From NCBI GenBank assembly GCA_973895155.1, contig OZ316893.1, positions 9,301,839-9,365,838 of the forward strand: 64,000 bases of DNA, given 5' to 3'. The stretch comes from Marsupella aquatica. Its lineage: Eukaryota; Plantae; Marchantiophyta. A program made the position numbers and the translations under genes. Below the pieces are notes generated by a model. That model was not told the DNA's origin. It was given only the letters and a program-made list of their open reading frames with translations, and ran no database searches. Below are positions 50,201 through 64,000 of this stretch, in pieces; the first letter of the stretch is position 1, and each line of letters opens with the position of its first letter.

Positions 50201-53200
50201 TAATTGAGATTTATCATGAGTGATATCCTACAACATATATGTCATGTCATAATTAAATATTAAAATGTGGTAATATATAATATGAATCTATATATTTTAA
50301 GAAAATAATAAATTTTACCATGATATGAAGTGATATAGTACGCCGTATATGTCATAGTTTGATGACAGGACCAACCTGCTTCCTGATTACTGAGGTCCTC
50401 TCCAAAACACATGTGTCAAAGTCAGATTCAGCCATTCCCGTTTATTAGCCACGGACATGACATCTAAGGGTAGTACAGTACCTGTCTTCTGGGACGAAAG
50501 AATCACCAAAAACATTTCATTCCTCTCATTGAACAGAAGCTTACGAGTGACTGAGCAAAACAGTCAAAAACTGAATGTTCTATCCTCCAAAGCTGTCTTC
50601 ACATTGGTTGTGGTGACTGTAACTATGGCCGACCCGGGAGGCTCATTTTCTCCCTGAGTTTTTCTTTTTTGTATGATTTTGTATCGTATTGGCCCTTTTT
50701 TTGATAAAGAGGGTTTGTTTTGGTAAGCCATGTCACTCATCTTGAATCCCTTCATAGACAACTAACATTGCGTCCATTACATCGTCATGATTGTGTCAAT
50801 TTAGAAGATACCCTTGCTCCAGGCCTTTGGGTCCGTTCCATGTTCACCGTATTTGCTCATATTATTAATTTTGAAACAGATTAAGCCAGATTTGGTCACT
50901 TCGGCCATATACCAAATGTATTAAGTAGGACCTGTTTATTGACTTTAGAATTGTTCACAATTCAAATTAAGTTTGTCCATACATACATTGAAAGATCATA
51001 TCCCAACATTTATGTGTTTCCATTTTGTCTTACTTTAAATACTTGTACATATATATGTCACATTGCAAAATAACCAAAAACTCCAACGAGAGGCATAGAG
51101 ATCAAAGGCCCAATGAAGAGGAGACCACAAGAGGAAAACCCCACTGACCAAAGAGTGAAAATCGCAAAGGCCTTACAGGACCAAAGGAACTAAAGCCCTC
51201 TAACTTGAGCATCAACCTGACAAGCATAGTAGAGTTCCAAAGTAAACCACATAGGGAGGTCACAAAGATGAAATTTGCCTATAGACTCCAAACCAACAAC
51301 CTCAGCCCTATGAAATATATAGCAAATGCCTGAGTACTCTGCACTGTAATATACATCCATTAGGGGTCAAACCTCAAAGTTGATGGACTTTACATTTAGT
51401 TAAGCTTACTCAGATAGGAAAAGTTAAAGACTACCAGATTTATAACCCATAACTTTTTCCCATAAAGATTTGTCAAAGGCTAGTGAAAAAAACCTTTTAC
51501 ATATTTAACACATGAAAAAGCTACGACTCACCCTATTGTCTAAAAAAGGCATTGAGGATATAAATGGGGTCCGGATAAGGCCTCTGCTTAAACAAAAGAT
51601 GACACTTGCTCACAAAAAATGGTCAAAAGATAGGGTACAGATCTCAAAGACCTAGTCCTACACAAGCAGGCTTGGGAAAGCAAGGAGCTACATACGAGAG
51701 CCATGAGGAGCAAGTGGAACTTTCTGAACAATTATTTAGCCAACATAAAGTATTGATAGGGCAATACTTGGCCATACCAGGATAACATCTTTCCACATCT
51801 CAAGAGTTATCTAAACTCCTGTAAAAGTTATGGGAGCGGATCTTTGACTACCGTAAAGAAAGCTCGCGGGCTCAACACTTAACCAATAACCTTAACACCT
51901 TTCTGTTACTTTAGACGCAAATCCAGAAAGCAACAATTGAAGGTGTGTACTTTGCACCTGACATGGTGAGTGTCTACTGCGTTTGAGGTGGCAGCTGACC
52001 AAGCCAATAAAGGGAATTTGATATATGCGATGAGACTGAGATGAGGCGGAAACTCCTGCCTTATGGGGTGGGTCAGTGCTACCTCATTACCATAGTTACA
52101 TGATGGACCATTAATTGTAGCTTTTGACCTCAACCCAACTTTGAGATGCTCTAATGCGGGGTAACCACAGTCAAACTTTTCCTTTACCCACCACTACTAA
52201 TGCCTTCATTTGGCCACTATTGTACGGAGACAGATGTTGCCTGTGGGTTTCATTGCAGCACCTAGAATGGAGGAACTGGGGCCCATCAAACATAGAGACC
52301 TCTCTTGCATGTGTGAGGTCCTTAGTTTTCTGGCCCTCAACAGAAGCATGCTCATCCTGGACCATGCTAAATATTTGATCTTGTAATAATATGTAAGTGG
52401 ATAAATAATGAGAGTAGAACTAGAATCGTGACTAGAATAGATATTAAGTAGAAATGGAATAAAATAATATGAGTAGGGCACATGCAAAGCTAGAAAAGCA
52501 CATAGTGAGTGACCAATGAAACTTACAGTCAAGTGTGCTACCAGGTGTGCACTTATTAATTCAATGTGCCTTATTAATTACTCTCATTTCAATAAAAAGC
52601 ATAATTTTAGGAAAGAAAGCCAAGAGAGGAACGTGAGACACAATCTGTTCACATTGTTTAGAATCATTTCTCTCTTTCATAAGACTTAAAAACTTTGCTC
52701 AATTGGTATAAATTAAAGTCACTGGTGAATCTAAGAGATAACAAAGATTAAAATTAAGAGGGCTGCCTAAAATGAGTTCAAAATTCTCTAAGATACCAAC
52801 AATTAAAGAGGTCCAAAAATTAATTAAGAATATATATGATACAAAGGATGCTCCTTGATAAGGCACATTGAAATAAAAATACATGACACAAAAAATATGA
52901 ATACGATAAAAATCTGAAAAGTGGATTTGCCGTATAGCAGCTCTATTAGGTTTCACTATAAACTAACATAAGAAAATGTATCAAAGATCACAAGATTCAC
53001 AAGATTTGTTTTTAACTTCTCTTATGTTTCTGTCAATTGCATACTAGCGACCACTTCTTGCATGGCCCTTTAACTTGGATGTTCTATATAAGAGGTTCAC
53101 TTTTACTTGTCTGTTATCAAAAAATCACTCAAAGTTTTACTTACATTAATAACCTAGTTACGGAAAATATTATGAAAACAATGCCCTCAAAACTTGGGGT

Positions 53201-56200
53201 ACCGCCCTCATTTTTCAAGGCATTATATATTATCACAATGCCCTCTACCCAGGACATTATCCCTTCATTACTATGTTTGAATGTTCCAGGTTTTTCAGGA
53301 GTGTAAGATTCCAAATTTAGAGTTTAGCAAATTACTCCAACCAGCAGCACATCTCTTCCCTCAACCTCTTCAATTTCTCTAATTTATTACTCTTCAAAAT
53401 TTCCAGTTTAGCAAAGGAAGTTAACTTTGAACTAGGAATCATTCTCGGCAGTGGCTGTTTTTATCAAGGAATAGAGTGACAGGGACAAGATCTCTGGTTT
53501 GGAGAGAAGGCAAAATTGAAACAATATACAAACTTTCAGGGCAATGAGCCAAGTGCACATAATACTCACAAACATCTATGCATGCCGGGGAAGAGAGACT
53601 GTACAATGTTGTACTCCCGATTCACAAACATGAAAACTTCAACAACAAAATGAGATAGGTGACAATAGTAGTAAGTCCCATTATCAGCTCAGACCTATAT
53701 AGCCTGTTCACCCTAGTACATGCCTAGTTTGATTTATTTAAGAGAATTGAAACACTCCTCATAAGAGTTCATGTGAGGAGAATTTTTAATTTAACTAGTT
53801 TATGAAAAACAAGTATTGAAAGTGATTATAAGAAAGTTCATGAAAATCATGATTACAGTATTGTAAGAAAAATGCATTAATTTGACGGTACTAGTCAATG
53901 TACCTGTATAGGTACAGTACTTTAGGATCCAAAGAGAAGAGAGTTAACTTTGTCCTTTTTAAATTTTCTGCTCTATTTGGTGGGGCTCTCTATTTAGGTG
54001 AATCATGTTGATCAATAAACCATGAACAATGTCAGCTTTATAACCAATGGCATATAGTATGCACTCATCAATTATCAGAATACTAGTTGCTTGGTTGAAG
54101 GGTCTAGCTACCTTTTCATGCAAGTAAGGAAATATGCCCCTCAAAATGATAAGTAAAATATAGGGAACCTGATAAAGGCTAAGGAAATGAAAAAAATTAA
54201 AGGGGCTGCCAAAATGACTAAATATTAAATATATAGTACATGGCTAAAGCATGGACTAGGTCAAATTAAGATAAAATACATTGCAATTAATTTGAATGAG
54301 ACAAGATAGTCCCATCACTAGCTAAGACCGATAAGGTGGATACGTTGGCTTTGAGAGTTACAAAAGAAAGCACTTGTGTCAATATGATGATGGGTCAGGT
54401 TCAGGGCCCTAATAAGAGCGTTCCCACTGGTGCCTTGTAAAGTCACTTGCCATTGCCCAAAATGGTGACTCTTTGGGCTTACCATTGCCTGCCCAGGTTC
54501 CTCCCCTGGAAGTGTTAGTACCCCACCGGTTTAAAAACTTGTACTTGATTCTTGAAGCATGTCTTATTACTTAGGCACACATGCCAGTGCTCTTAATTAT
54601 GGACCCCATGAGAGGTCCCTTCCAAAATTCCTGGCACCGAAGCATGCCACGTCAACAACAACCGAACAAACAAGACTTGTCAATTTTGTGAATCAAACTT
54701 ACAGTTTTCATTTGTGTTTGCATCAATTTGGGTGTAAATTTTGGGACGCCATGCTGTAAAAAGAAATGTAAAAAATTAGAAATGCAAAGAGCAAGACGGG
54801 TAAAACTGTCACTATGTAACCATTTTAGTTACGTATCCAATTTTAAAAAGTAATTAAACTCAAAGATTTAAAAAATATTTTTCATATAATAAGCAATGAC
54901 TAATAACTAACTTGATAACTTCCTTGTTAAGGAGTAATTGGCACATGGAGTAAGATTTATAGTGTTTTGCAATTCATGCAAATTGCCATCTATGGTCGGA
55001 ACTTGAACTCAATGAATTGATACAATTCATTTGATCAGATATTGATCTGGTTTCCAATGGACTTACCACGGATTGACTATTGACTCTCGTAGGTTGAGAA
55101 TTTGGTTGCATGTAATGAAAAGGCCTGATTTTGACAACTGCTTGTGATATAACCATGCTTCGACTTTGGCTTGCAAAGCAAAGTATTCATGTGGCAGTTG
55201 AAAAAATGTCAAACTGCTCAGGCCATGGCTGAATGGGTCCACAATGATTTTGTGAGAAAATCTAATCTAAACAATGCAAGCTGTAAAATCTATCATATTT
55301 GTCCAACACAACATGACTACCAGCTTCTCTTCCAAATCAGACTTCTCTCTTCTGAAAGCTTAGGCGCTACCCTTCTCCATTTGGTGAATAGTTGCGTCAA
55401 GGTTATGAGGCTATCAACCTCTAATTCAAAACTTGCCAAAGTCAGACTTCAATGAAATCTCTAAAATTTTCCAATTATTTGAAAGTACATTGACAAATCA
55501 AGTGACAAATATTCTAAAAAGAGGACTCAGCTACTAGAGAGCTTAGGGTTCCTTGTTGAGAAAAGCAAATTTCTCAATTGATCTGGAGAAAGTAGTCTTC
55601 TCAACTCTGAGTGCCCAGGGCAATTTAGTGTTCAAATATAGTGTCATCCAATGCCCAAATCAACTGACGTAAACAAAACTGTGCCTTGGGTTTATTAATT
55701 AATGTTCTAAAATTAGTGAAAATATCTCATAGATCTTAAGTGTTTTAATGTGTGCTAGCAGAGCATTATGGACCATATTAGCCTCTCAAAACTCAAGCTA
55801 AATGCCCTTATTTTCCTGGTCATTATGAAGAAGATTGCAAAATCACATTTGTATGAGGTAATTTCTCCTATACTTTCATTAAAATTTGTCAAACTATCTC
55901 ATCATTATAATCTGTGATACTAAACCATTTTGGACCATAATAGCCTCTCACAACTTGAGTTAAAGCTAATATTACATACATTCTTTTTACTCAAAAAAGG
56001 CCTAAAAAATATAATTAGGGGGTCCACGAACTAATTAGGAGTATCTGCAGCCCAATTCCTTTACTAAAACTGCCAGAAAGATATCAAGAAAATGCAAAAA
56101 TCTCAAGACGAGACAATTACAAAGATGTCAAAGGAGAGTCAAAGATGTTTAAGACAAGGCAAAGATATCAAGGAAAGGCAAGGAACAGCAAATGAGGTAG

Positions 56201-57579
56201 GCCAGAAAGCTATCAAGGCATGTTATGTGAGGTTGTGGCCATAGTGTCAAGCTCAAGCCAAGAACTGCAGGTGAGGCAAGGAAGTTGCTACATCTGAATA
56301 TGTGTCAATGTGGCCATATTGTTGTTATGACCATGCGATCAATGCCCATGCTAGTTAATTGTGTTCTAAAGAATGGAAAAATTAATTGTCTTACCAACTT
56401 ATGTATAGAGCAGTAAGCAAGATCAAGCAAAGGACCAAAAAATAACACAAGTGTTGTTACAATTGGGTAAAATCACTCAAACTATTAACCCTCTCCCTGG
56501 CTTTTTTGTTGCAAAAAATGTAAAGGGAGGTAAAGGATTGTAAGTGCCAAAGTTTTGGATAATCAACACCTTAAACATTAAAAAACATTACTACTTTTAA
56601 CCCATTGCTTTATGGAGTCTTTTGGGAGTGTTCTCAAATTTGATATTAAAAACTTCTATAATTCTTCTCATTTTCAAAATTGGATTAAAAATGACACTAA
56701 TCTTTTTCAACAAAACTTGTTAAGTCTTTTGCCTCATCAAATAAAATAACTCCTCATTTATTTGTGAGCCAATGGGGTTGGAAGAAAAAGTGAGAACCTC
56801 AGCATTTTTGGGCAGGTGCGGTTTGGCTCATGGCAGCTTGCCTGAGCAGAAAGTTGAGGTGTATGGGTAGATCTGACTGTGCTAAAAATGTTTTTTTATT
56901 AAGGGCCAGGATTCACTCCCGCTTGGTTGGTAAGCTGACAAAAGATGAAAGTTGGGGTTGGGGGGATAGGGTATTCCAGTGTTTGATGGACCCAACTCCG
57001 AACATTTTGAATCTAGTAATGTCTTTTTCCAGGGCATTATGCTAATTTCTTTCCATGGAGCCAACTCAGCCTGGTGACCTTCTGTTTAGGGCATTGTGGA
57101 TGGTAACACCCCCAAAACTAGAGAAACATCATGATGGACAAACGACAGAGCCCCCAAATAGTTTTCTTTCCCAACAACCTCAAATACACCACCTAATCCT
57201 CTTTCATATTAACAACACATTACCTGATATCATATTGGACCTGAATCAAGTGCGACTCGAGCGGCCCAGAAGAAAGTTGGTAAGAGCTTGGGCCTAGGCA
57301 CATCAAGTCTGCAAATAAATCCTCTCGTTGAAACACTTACAACCATAGCTACTGAGTAGAGTCTCAACAGATCCCCGCGCTTGTCCTTACACATTGTTCC
57401 AGACTGGCATTAAATGAAACAAGTCAAGAGGCCAACAGTCAAACTGGTTCCTGCGATGATTCTGTTGTTGGGCCAATTCGGTGAAGCTTTGAACACACTA
57501 GTCCACATATCCCAGAATGCTTCCCAACCTAAGGATACAGCAAAATATAAACTACACCTATCCTTTTTACTGAACTCCC

Positions 57580-57647
57580 AACAATTCCCCGAACCCTACC
57601 AGAAAATATGCTGAACAATTCCCCGAACCCTACCAGAAAGTATGCTG
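57580..57647. repeat. 34-bp tandem duplication downstream of DPL1
   Basis: AACAATTCCCCGAACCCTACCAGAAA.TATGCTG twice. Confidence 0.9.
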
Positions 57648-57996
57648 TACTGCTTACGAATTCGGTGACATTTACAATACAAGCTTCCTTTACAGCTTGA
57701 TTTCAATAGATCCAAACATTCCCTGCCTACCTGGAAGACTGACTGGTAAAATTCTCGTTAAGAGTGGTGAGCCTAAATTTAAGATCCAAATTTGAGCATA
57801 AATTCATGGCAGCAGAGTAAGTGTAACTACATCGCATTTTCAGATGGATGCAATGGTTTTATTGGGGTTTTCGATCCTCCTGGACTGGTAGGACGGAAAC
57901 CAATCATCCCTAAGCAATCGTCGAGACATAGTGATTTCCATTTCCCAACACCCGAAGTCCATCGAGAAAGACAAATCTCGAAAGATGATAAGCACT

Positions 57997-60900
57997 TCAG
58001 CAAGTCCCATCCATGTAGGCCACGAGGATGTCACCAACGGCGCCCCTGTCAGGCATTTTGGCAGCAGCCCCATAGATAGGTGCCATACCATCTTCAAACT
58101 GCCCAGGATTTTCCCTCACCTGCACCACATGCCACCTCTTCTTATTCAGCGACCCAGAAAGACCAAGTTAAAACCACTCTGTCAACAGAAAGAATACTCC
58201 AAATATGCCAGCCTAGCCAGCAATACTACCAGTAATTCATGTTGATCTCGTGTGCCTCTGTAAATCGAAAAGCCAGAAATTGCGTCTACACTCCCAGGGA
58301 CTTACAATTTTAACGGCATCAGTCAGATCCTCCAAAAATTCATCCACCACTTCAACGTGCTGCAAAGTGACGCAGATATGTATGCTGCATTCGTCAAGTG
58401 AAAACATCTAGTGAGTTCATCAAAAGCAAAAAATTACGCATTTGGAAGAGACTAAATAATAATCGGCACAGCAGCTGTGCTCAAGCCTTTTGGCTCACAA
58501 AGGAGCGTGAACAAAGAACCACAGACCTGGCCGGCCTCTGTAGAGCATTAAGACTCCACCCTCTTGACGCCATCACGTCGTTCACTTTATATATGTCCAC
58601 TTCAGTTGATCCGAAAGCAACCACCGTCATTTCTGGCCTCCCTAACACGTACAGTCCTGGAATGTGGCTGACCCTGCATCACACCATCCAAGCGGGAGGA
58701 GAAAGTTACACGTCGCTCTCCAAAATCGTTGGGTGCCCACGAAGTATATCCGTTGGATGCGGAACAGGGAGCACGAATCGTCAGGAATCCGGCTATAATA
58801 TAGTAACTGGAAAACTTCACGAGGGGTACACATCTAGAAGTTGAGCATCTGAGTACCCTTTCTGGATCTTTATCGATGAATCCATAACCTTCCGTACAGC
58901 AAGCAAGTACCCTGAGAAGAGAAAGTAAAGTCTGATAAGTAAGAAACGATGAAAATTAACTTTGAACATGGAGACTCAGCCAAGGGATCGCGACTCCTGC
59001 TGTCCTCGTCTTTCAAGACCCCAGTGCAAAATTAGTGAACTAGTTAGAATTATCCCTCGAGAAACAGAGTAACGAAGAGTAGGATGACATCCTTTAATGA
59101 CCCATCGGAGAACAGCACACCTTCTTCACCGAGCGCCATCATAGCAGCCCAAGCTCCGGCAATCAATCCACCAGATCTGCTTCCTGCCATCGATGGTGAG
59201 ATGTACAAACCGCCTGACCAATCCGTAACTGCAATTCCAGTCATTTGAGTTGGTGAGAAGGGGGATCAAATATGTGGATTACCACAACACTGTTATGCAA
59301 AACCAGAGACGAGGGAGTAGTTTGGATATGCAAACCAAACGTATCATGTTCCGGTAAAAACTGATAGTCACATCCAGTTCGTTCAAAGCAACAAATAATT
59401 TCATCGAAATCCTCTCAAGCAAAAGAAAATTACAAAGTGGCAAGATTAGTTGAAAAATGCCATGCGCGTGGGACTGTAAAGGGAGCACATAATTATGAAT
59501 GGTTTGTTAAGATACAATTTACAAATAAAACCTTCCAAAGTTGAACAAAGATATTGAGGAATTTTATGAAACAACGGAAAACAATTTGAGGAAGTTCGAC
59601 TCCTTGTTGAGTTGTACAAGCTGACAACTCACCAGCAACGAATTGATGCTGTTCGAAGTGTGTGGAAATCATCCATATGACAACGCAATCGAGAAGCCAT
59701 CCAGGTAATGTCATGAAAAGCAACAAAAGAAAAGTATCAGGTAAAAGTAATACTTTCAACGCCAAACGGGCATCTGAGTCTTTTAGATATGCCTCGATCA
59801 CGTTCATAAGGCTGACCAAAAATCGCAAAGAAACACGAATTTCTGGATAATTATAGAATGGAAAAGACGTACAGAAACAATCTAGCATGACTTATTGGAT
59901 CTGCTGGAATACTCCGGGCTTGACAGAAATTTACAAGCCCTACACCAACGTGACGGGACAGTTCCTGAATTTCACTTTGTTTGCGAGAACTTGGACAAAA
60001 AAGAAGAGTACCCTGCGAATCTCATGATTCCTATAAAGCACAACGCTTGTTCCTTTCGGACCAAGACCGTACTTATGCACGTCAACGGACATCGATGTAA
60101 CTCCAGGCAATGCGAAATCAAATGCTGGTAATGGATATCTGCATAAAGCCAAGTAAAGGTCACGAAACTAATAACTTAATTTAACAACAAAAGGAAAAGG
60201 AAAAGATATCCTTACTCTTGATTGCATCTTCGAATACTGGCGATAGATGTAGATGAAAAGGAAGCCGACGGAAGAGGCATACATACCCAAGTTTTCGTGC
60301 AAATGGAAGAACGAAACCCCCGAGACAAAGATCCACGTGCAAACCAACGCGTTTCTTGAGTGCCAAAGCGCTTAGGTCCTAGTCACACAGTACGCAAGTC
60401 ATAATCCCCCGCGAAAGAAGGTCATTCAGAACTACCAAAGCAAGTTCTTGTAATCCTAAAATGCCATTATCAACTTGCTTTAAAAGGAAAACGTTAAATA
60501 GGTAGAGATTATACCTCTATAGAGTCTATCACCCCGTGCGGGAAACCTGGAGCAGAACCAACAACCTGCCAGTGCAAACACACACAGTTCAAACAATGAT
60601 GTACAGCAAACAAATAGAGTCACTCGCTACTGTGGTGTTTGTTCGAGTAAAGTTGAAATATCAATGCTACCAGCTTACCATGATTGTGTGCCTGTTGATC
60701 AGCTTCTTAACAGCCTTTACATCCACCTTAAGGTCCTCTCCAACCGGGGCTCGTCGTACTGTGATTTTGAAATATTGTGCAGCCTTCTCGTAAGCCGAAT
60801 GTGCAGACACTGCTACGACACTACAATTCAAACCCATCACTTTGACAGGTTCCAAGTGAAAAACAATGCGTCGTCAACATATCAACGAAATCTATATCGG

Positions 60901-63330
60901 TGTGCGAATTCATATGTCAGAGTTCATACGTTGATGCATCCCGTATTGTAACGGGGAAAAGGATTACATCAGAAGCTTAAAAGACATTCGGAATGTTCCG
61001 CATAATACCAACTAAGGATTCCATTGCACAAATGCTAAGACAATAAACCCAATTCGACAAGAAAAAACTGCAACATAAAATATTCCAAACAGCCGAAATT
61101 CCTTCAAAGGTCTGCAGAGCCTCACATCTCAGGCTTGGTGACACCCCGTGTGGCCTTCATGTAATCACGTGTCGTCTTGACGGCCATAAGGATACTTTCA
61201 GTGCCGCCTGAAGTCATGTTGCCACACACCTGACCTCCTGATGCACTATGTTTGCTACCAAACAATGCTGCAGTCATTGCAACCACCTCAGCTTCAAAAC
61301 GCGTTATGCTTGGAAACACGTCTGGATGTAACGGATTAGTGTGTGCAAAGCTGCAGGACGAGGAGAACAACAATAAACAGAAGGCAATTGGTAAGAGTTC
61401 GGAGGACATATGAGTAGTATCAGGATTGACGACAGTGCTGCATATTACGTGAAGAATTAGTGACTTACAGAGAGTAGGCCTCGTTAACTAGAGAAAAATG
61501 CCCCTCGGTCTCACTCCCACCAATGTATCTGCTCAATACAAACACAGGTATTGATTTAGAACTCAACCACAAAATGGTCAACGTGAAACAATCCAGCAAT
61601 TGACGCGCACGTCAAGTAGAATCTATGCATTTCATTGTAAAGATAATCCAAAAGGTAAGTCATTTCTGTAAAGAGTTGCTGGGGACAGAGTCAAATTTAA
61701 CTTCGTTAAATGGGCAAAGTCCCTTAGAAAGGGGATAGATTTGGAGGAACGGAGACCGACAAATGGCCAACTCCAAGACTTAGGATTTACACGGATCTCC
61801 CAGGTCCCTTTAAGGAAGAATTCAGCAAGTGATTCATATGTCTGAAAACTCAACTACATATAAGAATGAATGACTATTGGGAGGAAAGAGAGCCTGTCCT
61901 CATCATGCAGCACAGAATGGACAAGGAGTCAAACTATGAGCGAATAGTCGCATAGGAGCGATTGCTAAGGACGAAAGCGTTAATAAGCAGGCTGAAATCC
62001 AAGTAGGAGACCCGGCATCGCGAATTCTATAAACGAATTGCACTAGTAGGCTCGTCTACGCTTCAAGGGCGCATTTTTTATACGCCAGTCAAGCTTTAGC
62101 CCGTGGAACAGAGAGATTGCACCAAAGTTTGATTTGGGCAAAATAATACCTACACTGCTCCTGAGCATCTTCCTTGCCAATGCTTGTCTCTTGACTTCTG
62201 AGCTTTTATCTGTTCAATGACATCCGTCCCCAGTCCAGCGAAAGGAAGCTCTGTACGCCAGCAGTCCCGTTCGGATTTCATGCTTTTTTGCAATTTGTCA
62301 ATCACCTGGTCAGCCAGGATCAAGTGGTCAGAACTCCGCGAGAGACCCAAACGCATTGGGTCACATGTCGGCACAGATCTAACAATCAAAGAAGGCAAAT
62401 TCTGCGCCAAATGAGTCTAATGCATTAAAGATCCTCCGTAAGGTTGATGAAAGCATTGCCTACCTTGTTTTGCTCTTTCCTGATGTAACCAGTCGCACCA
62501 GGGATTAACCTGCAAAAAATTCAAATGAGACCTATGACGAGCAAGCCATCTAGCAATGCACGTTAGAAATGCTACATTGGGCTTGCACTTAAAATAGAAA
62601 CCATGCATAAAGAATTCACAGAAGATTACTTTATGAAGGCGATTGCCAATTTGATGAGGGATAGAAATGCTACATTGGGCTTGCACTTAAAATAGAAACC
62701 ATGCATAAAGAATTCACAGAAGATTACTTTATGAAGGCGATTGCCAATTTGATGAGGGAGGATTTTAGCCCTGCGACACGGACAAAATTGATGATGAATG
62801 TCAACACTTGTCAAACGATACATTTCCAAACTTCAGGTATAAGATTCAAATGTGCATTTCATGACCGGAACCGACTTGTACTTTGCTCCTAAATCGTCCG
62901 TTCCCTTATCTTCCAATTGACTAAATTAAACCAAAAGCAATCTACTGGAGCGAGCTCCTTGCCAATGCTAAAAAGAATTCAAGTAACAAACATTTGGCGA
63001 CTTCCTCTCAGATGTCGTCTCAACAGATGTCCTCTCCACATACTAGATGCAGTCTAATATAGTCACCACCACAACCAATACAGAATCTGAGGGCAAAGTA
63101 GTACCTTGATTAGAGACCACTCGGTAGGCTGAGGTAAAAGCCCTGAGAACGGTGGAAAGAGTAATCCAAGCCAATACAGATACCACTACCACGACTACAG
63201 GCTCCAATTGCGAAAGATTTTCATTTGCAATCTGCCGTGCCAATGTCAGCTTTTCCCCCACTTCCAATTCCTCCAGCAATATCTTTCCCTTTTCCATTAT
63301 TTCCAATCTCGCCTTTTCCATGATTTCCAT
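57997..63330 (-). CDS. DPL1: Sphingosine-1-phosphate (long-chain base phosphate) lyase, PLP-dependent; 16 coding exons
   Basis: Exons: 63330-63105, 62770-62728, 62509-62464, 62305-62154, 61528-61469, 61350-61126, 60820-60679, 60565-60515, 60378-60287, 60138-60012, 59648-59633, 59228-59121, 58911-58857, 58673-58527, 58384-58306, 58119-57997. All introns are GT-AG and phase-compatible. Motifs: N-terminal [51 protein letters not shown] (PLP Lys), [14 protein letters not shown]. Confidence 0.96.
62564..62759. repeat. Exact 98-bp tandem duplication spanning the DPL1 exon 2/intron 2 junction
   Basis: 62564-62661 is identical to 62662-62759 by eye. Confidence 0.95.
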
Positions 63331-64000
63331 CCTCGTCCACGCGCAACGGAGCACAACACAACAAGCTGGACTCCGCTCTCCCTTCGTGTCCGTATACACG
63401 GATCTTCGGCTGGCTAAGCAATTAACCCACGAGCTTGCTTGGGCAAACAGACAGACAAAAAATTTGGATCTCGTGATAGGGCTGCAGATTGCAAACCCGG
63501 TGGATCCTCAGAAGCGCCCGAAAACCTTCTCTGTCTCTGAACAAAATAAACGTACTATGTGAGAGTAGCCTCTGGATTAAAAGGTCCTCCTGTGAATACC
63601 TCTCCCTCCTCCGAACAACTCTTACTCCTCCGCACCGAAAAAAAGACAAATACTTCTGTCTGTTCATCACAAGGCAATCATTGAACGCTCTTCTTTTCGT
63701 GGTCCCCTCACATCCCCGACTGTCAGCTCGAAGCCGACAGCATACACGAGACAACTTCAAGTGGCCACACGGGAAATCTCCCAAATCAAAAACTCCACTC
63801 ACCGGAGTTAAATTAATTAGATGTGATCCGTCGGTGTCCACGACCCACGAGGCAATGATAAACAATCCGTGCACTCACTCAAGCCCAGTCAAGCGCCAGA
63901 ATAAGTCAAAGGTGTTGTTTCCTTCGATTAAGTTCCGTTTTGTGAGCGTTTTGTTCCGTTTCGTGAACGTTCAGTTCGGTTGTATTCGGTTCAGTTCAGA

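Noticed and set aside
62958-63000. Alternative candidate DPL1 exon 2 ([15 protein letters not shown]) of the same 43-nt length, implying a non-canonical GA donor
   Set aside because: A better exon with canonical sites and the conserved GLK start ([15 protein letters not shown]) exists at 62770-62728.

Overview
Eukaryotic land-plant nuclear DNA with spliceosomal GT-AG introns. A bryophyte/liverwort-like origin is my inference only. Host genes: two convergent, two-exon At4g08455-type coiled-coil+BTB/POZ paralogues (410-1770 +, 4305-5819 -); a two-exon CONSTANS-like gene (45694-47297 +); a 16-exon sphingosine-1-phosphate lyase/DPL1 gene (57997-63330 -); and an orphan terminal exon of a YUCCA flavin monooxygenase (34175-34402 -). 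Mobile DNA: a full-length Ty1/copia element (13864-20576; 332-bp LTRs, CTTTC TSD, five in-frame stops); a compound non-autonomous Helitron (24014-26466 -); a young 5'-truncated L1-type LINE with intact 1300-aa ORF2, a 14-bp TSD and a ~1.55-kb 3' region (36623-42851 -); older LINE debris; a fold-back element; and several short tandem duplications. No rRNA, tRNA or CRISPR was seen. I found no clearly new multi-gene system. The best leads are the copia stop-codon pattern, the Helitron architecture, the LINE junction ORF and long 3' region, the orphan YUCCA exon and a duplicated splice donor in DPL1.
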